Shown here: in pieces, positions 62,691-64,000 of the stretch
How positions within the stretch are numbered: the stretch's first letter is position 1
Layout: each line of letters begins with the position of its first letter
From: Camelus dromedarius
Taxonomy: Eukaryota
NCBI RefSeq assembly: GCF_036321535.1
Contig: NC_087472.1
Location: 95,730,001-95,794,000 of the forward strand
Length of the DNA: 64,000 nucleotides
Direction: 5' to 3'
Translations under genes and position numbers: made by a program
Notes under the pieces: model-generated
What the model was told of the DNA's origin: nothing
The model's input: only the letters and a program-made list of their open reading frames with translations
Database searches by the model: none

Positions 62691-64000
62691 TTATTATGGG
62701 ACAGATCAGACACAGCCTGTGTTATTTGTGAGGCAGTATCATGAGATCATTTTTCCATTTGTACCTATTGAGCCATGGTGCAAATGAGGACTTTCTTCTC
62801 CCCGTGGAGACAGGAATTCCAATGTTCTACATCTTGCAGAGGGGAAAGAAAAATGTCTGGAATGATAAGAAAACCTCAGTCTCTAGAAACAAAAACCAAG
62901 TCATGGTTTATACATTTTCACATGGCACATTTTGACCTTGAGAAGGACAAATTTTGCTTCTCTTTGGAACAAAAAAGAACATATACACTTAGAGCCATGC
63001 ACTTCAAGTGGAAGGCTACCAACAGCACCATGCTCTCCATTATATTAAGAACTCTCAGCAGAGGAACTGCAGCAAAAATGGCAAGAAATGCTGGCCAATG
63101 CCCTGTGGAAAGGAGGAAGACACCAAACACCTGCAGTGAGAAGGATGATGAAAGCTTATGGTGACTAGAAAATGGGAGGCACCTCACAGAAGCTTTAGCC
63201 CCTCCATGAAGCCCAGGAACACATCCATATCCTTCCTACACAATATGGTGAAGTGAGACATTACTCCCTGCAGGGACCCTCAAAACCCCAAAGAAATGTA
63301 TAAACTTCGTCTCTCTCTTCTTGATTTTCCAGCATTTTCCAGTGAGGCTATTAAATCCTTAAGCTCCCCTTTATAAAGGATGTACCATGTTCATAGACTG
63401 AAGGACTCAATATTGTAGAGATGTCAGTTTTCCCCAAGAGAGGCCAGAAACAGACTCACACATACACTGCCACCTGATTTATGAAAAAGGTGGGGGCTAC
63501 TGGAATACTGTAAATATACTTGTTCCTTGATCTGGGTCCTGGTGACATCAGAGTGTTGAGTTTGTGAAAACTTAACAAGCTGTACATTTAAGATATGTGC
63601 ACTTTTCCATTTGTATATTATTCTTCAACTGTAAGTTTATTTTCAATTCCTTTCTAAGAGTTTGAATGACATTTTTCAAAGATTAAACTGTTAGTGTTCA
63701 AAGCAAAAAAATAAAAGAAAATGTTCAAAATTTGGATGAATTCAACAGTGATTTGTGTCCCAGTTCCTCTTTTAAAGAGTTTTAAATAGTTTGCCTCTTT
63801 TAAATATCCAGATACTATTTGTTTTTCTCCATTCGTGGAATATTCTGGTCTCTTTTCTGGAGCTGGCTATCTTCTCTATTCCTTTTCCTACCCATATACT
63901 TTAAGGCAAAAAAATGCTGTTGATGAACAGGTCTTTTTTATCATGCAGTTAAACCTAATGCCCCAGGATCCTCTGCTCCAGCCACTGTATCAAGCTTCTT

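Noticed and set aside
62254..62787. 177-aa ORF, the longest in the window
   Set aside because: No recognisable homology; length is explained by local GC richness.
1..64000. CRISPR arrays, operons or prokaryote-type systems
   Set aside because: The sequence is mammalian; there are no regularly spaced repeat-spacer arrays or gene-dense segments.

Overview
Mammalian, AT-rich, repeat-dense non-coding DNA, most likely camelid: there are seven copies of a tRNA-derived SINE matching the camelid Vic-1 type, plus young L1 3' ends. I found no credible intact protein-coding gene. The listed ORFs are chance ORFs or decayed L1/hAT fragments, so the window looks like a long intron or intergenic DNA. It records layers of transposon insertions (CR1/L3, L2, MIR, Charlie, Tigger, MADE2, MaLR LTRs, old and young L1), many with readable target-site duplications (TSDs). 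The most notable non-routine items are: (1) an old local duplication of which only two non-repeat blocks survive at about 90% identity (57 bp at 29154/30415; about 153 bp at 29899/35898), suggesting constrained duplicated elements; (2) a TSD-flanked retrocopy of an mRNA 3' UTR (17063-17701); (3) two more polyA-tailed passenger insertions (18019-18456 and 31974-32766); (4) a prematurely polyadenylated L1 ORF2 insert and two tail-only inserts; (5) a strong CTCF/YY1/GC-box cluster (about 6060-6220) and a bZIP/E-box/ETS cluster (about 62400). Repeat family names come from recalled consensus sequences, and boundaries are approximate unless a TSD is given. I did not find convincing evidence of a new multi-gene system.
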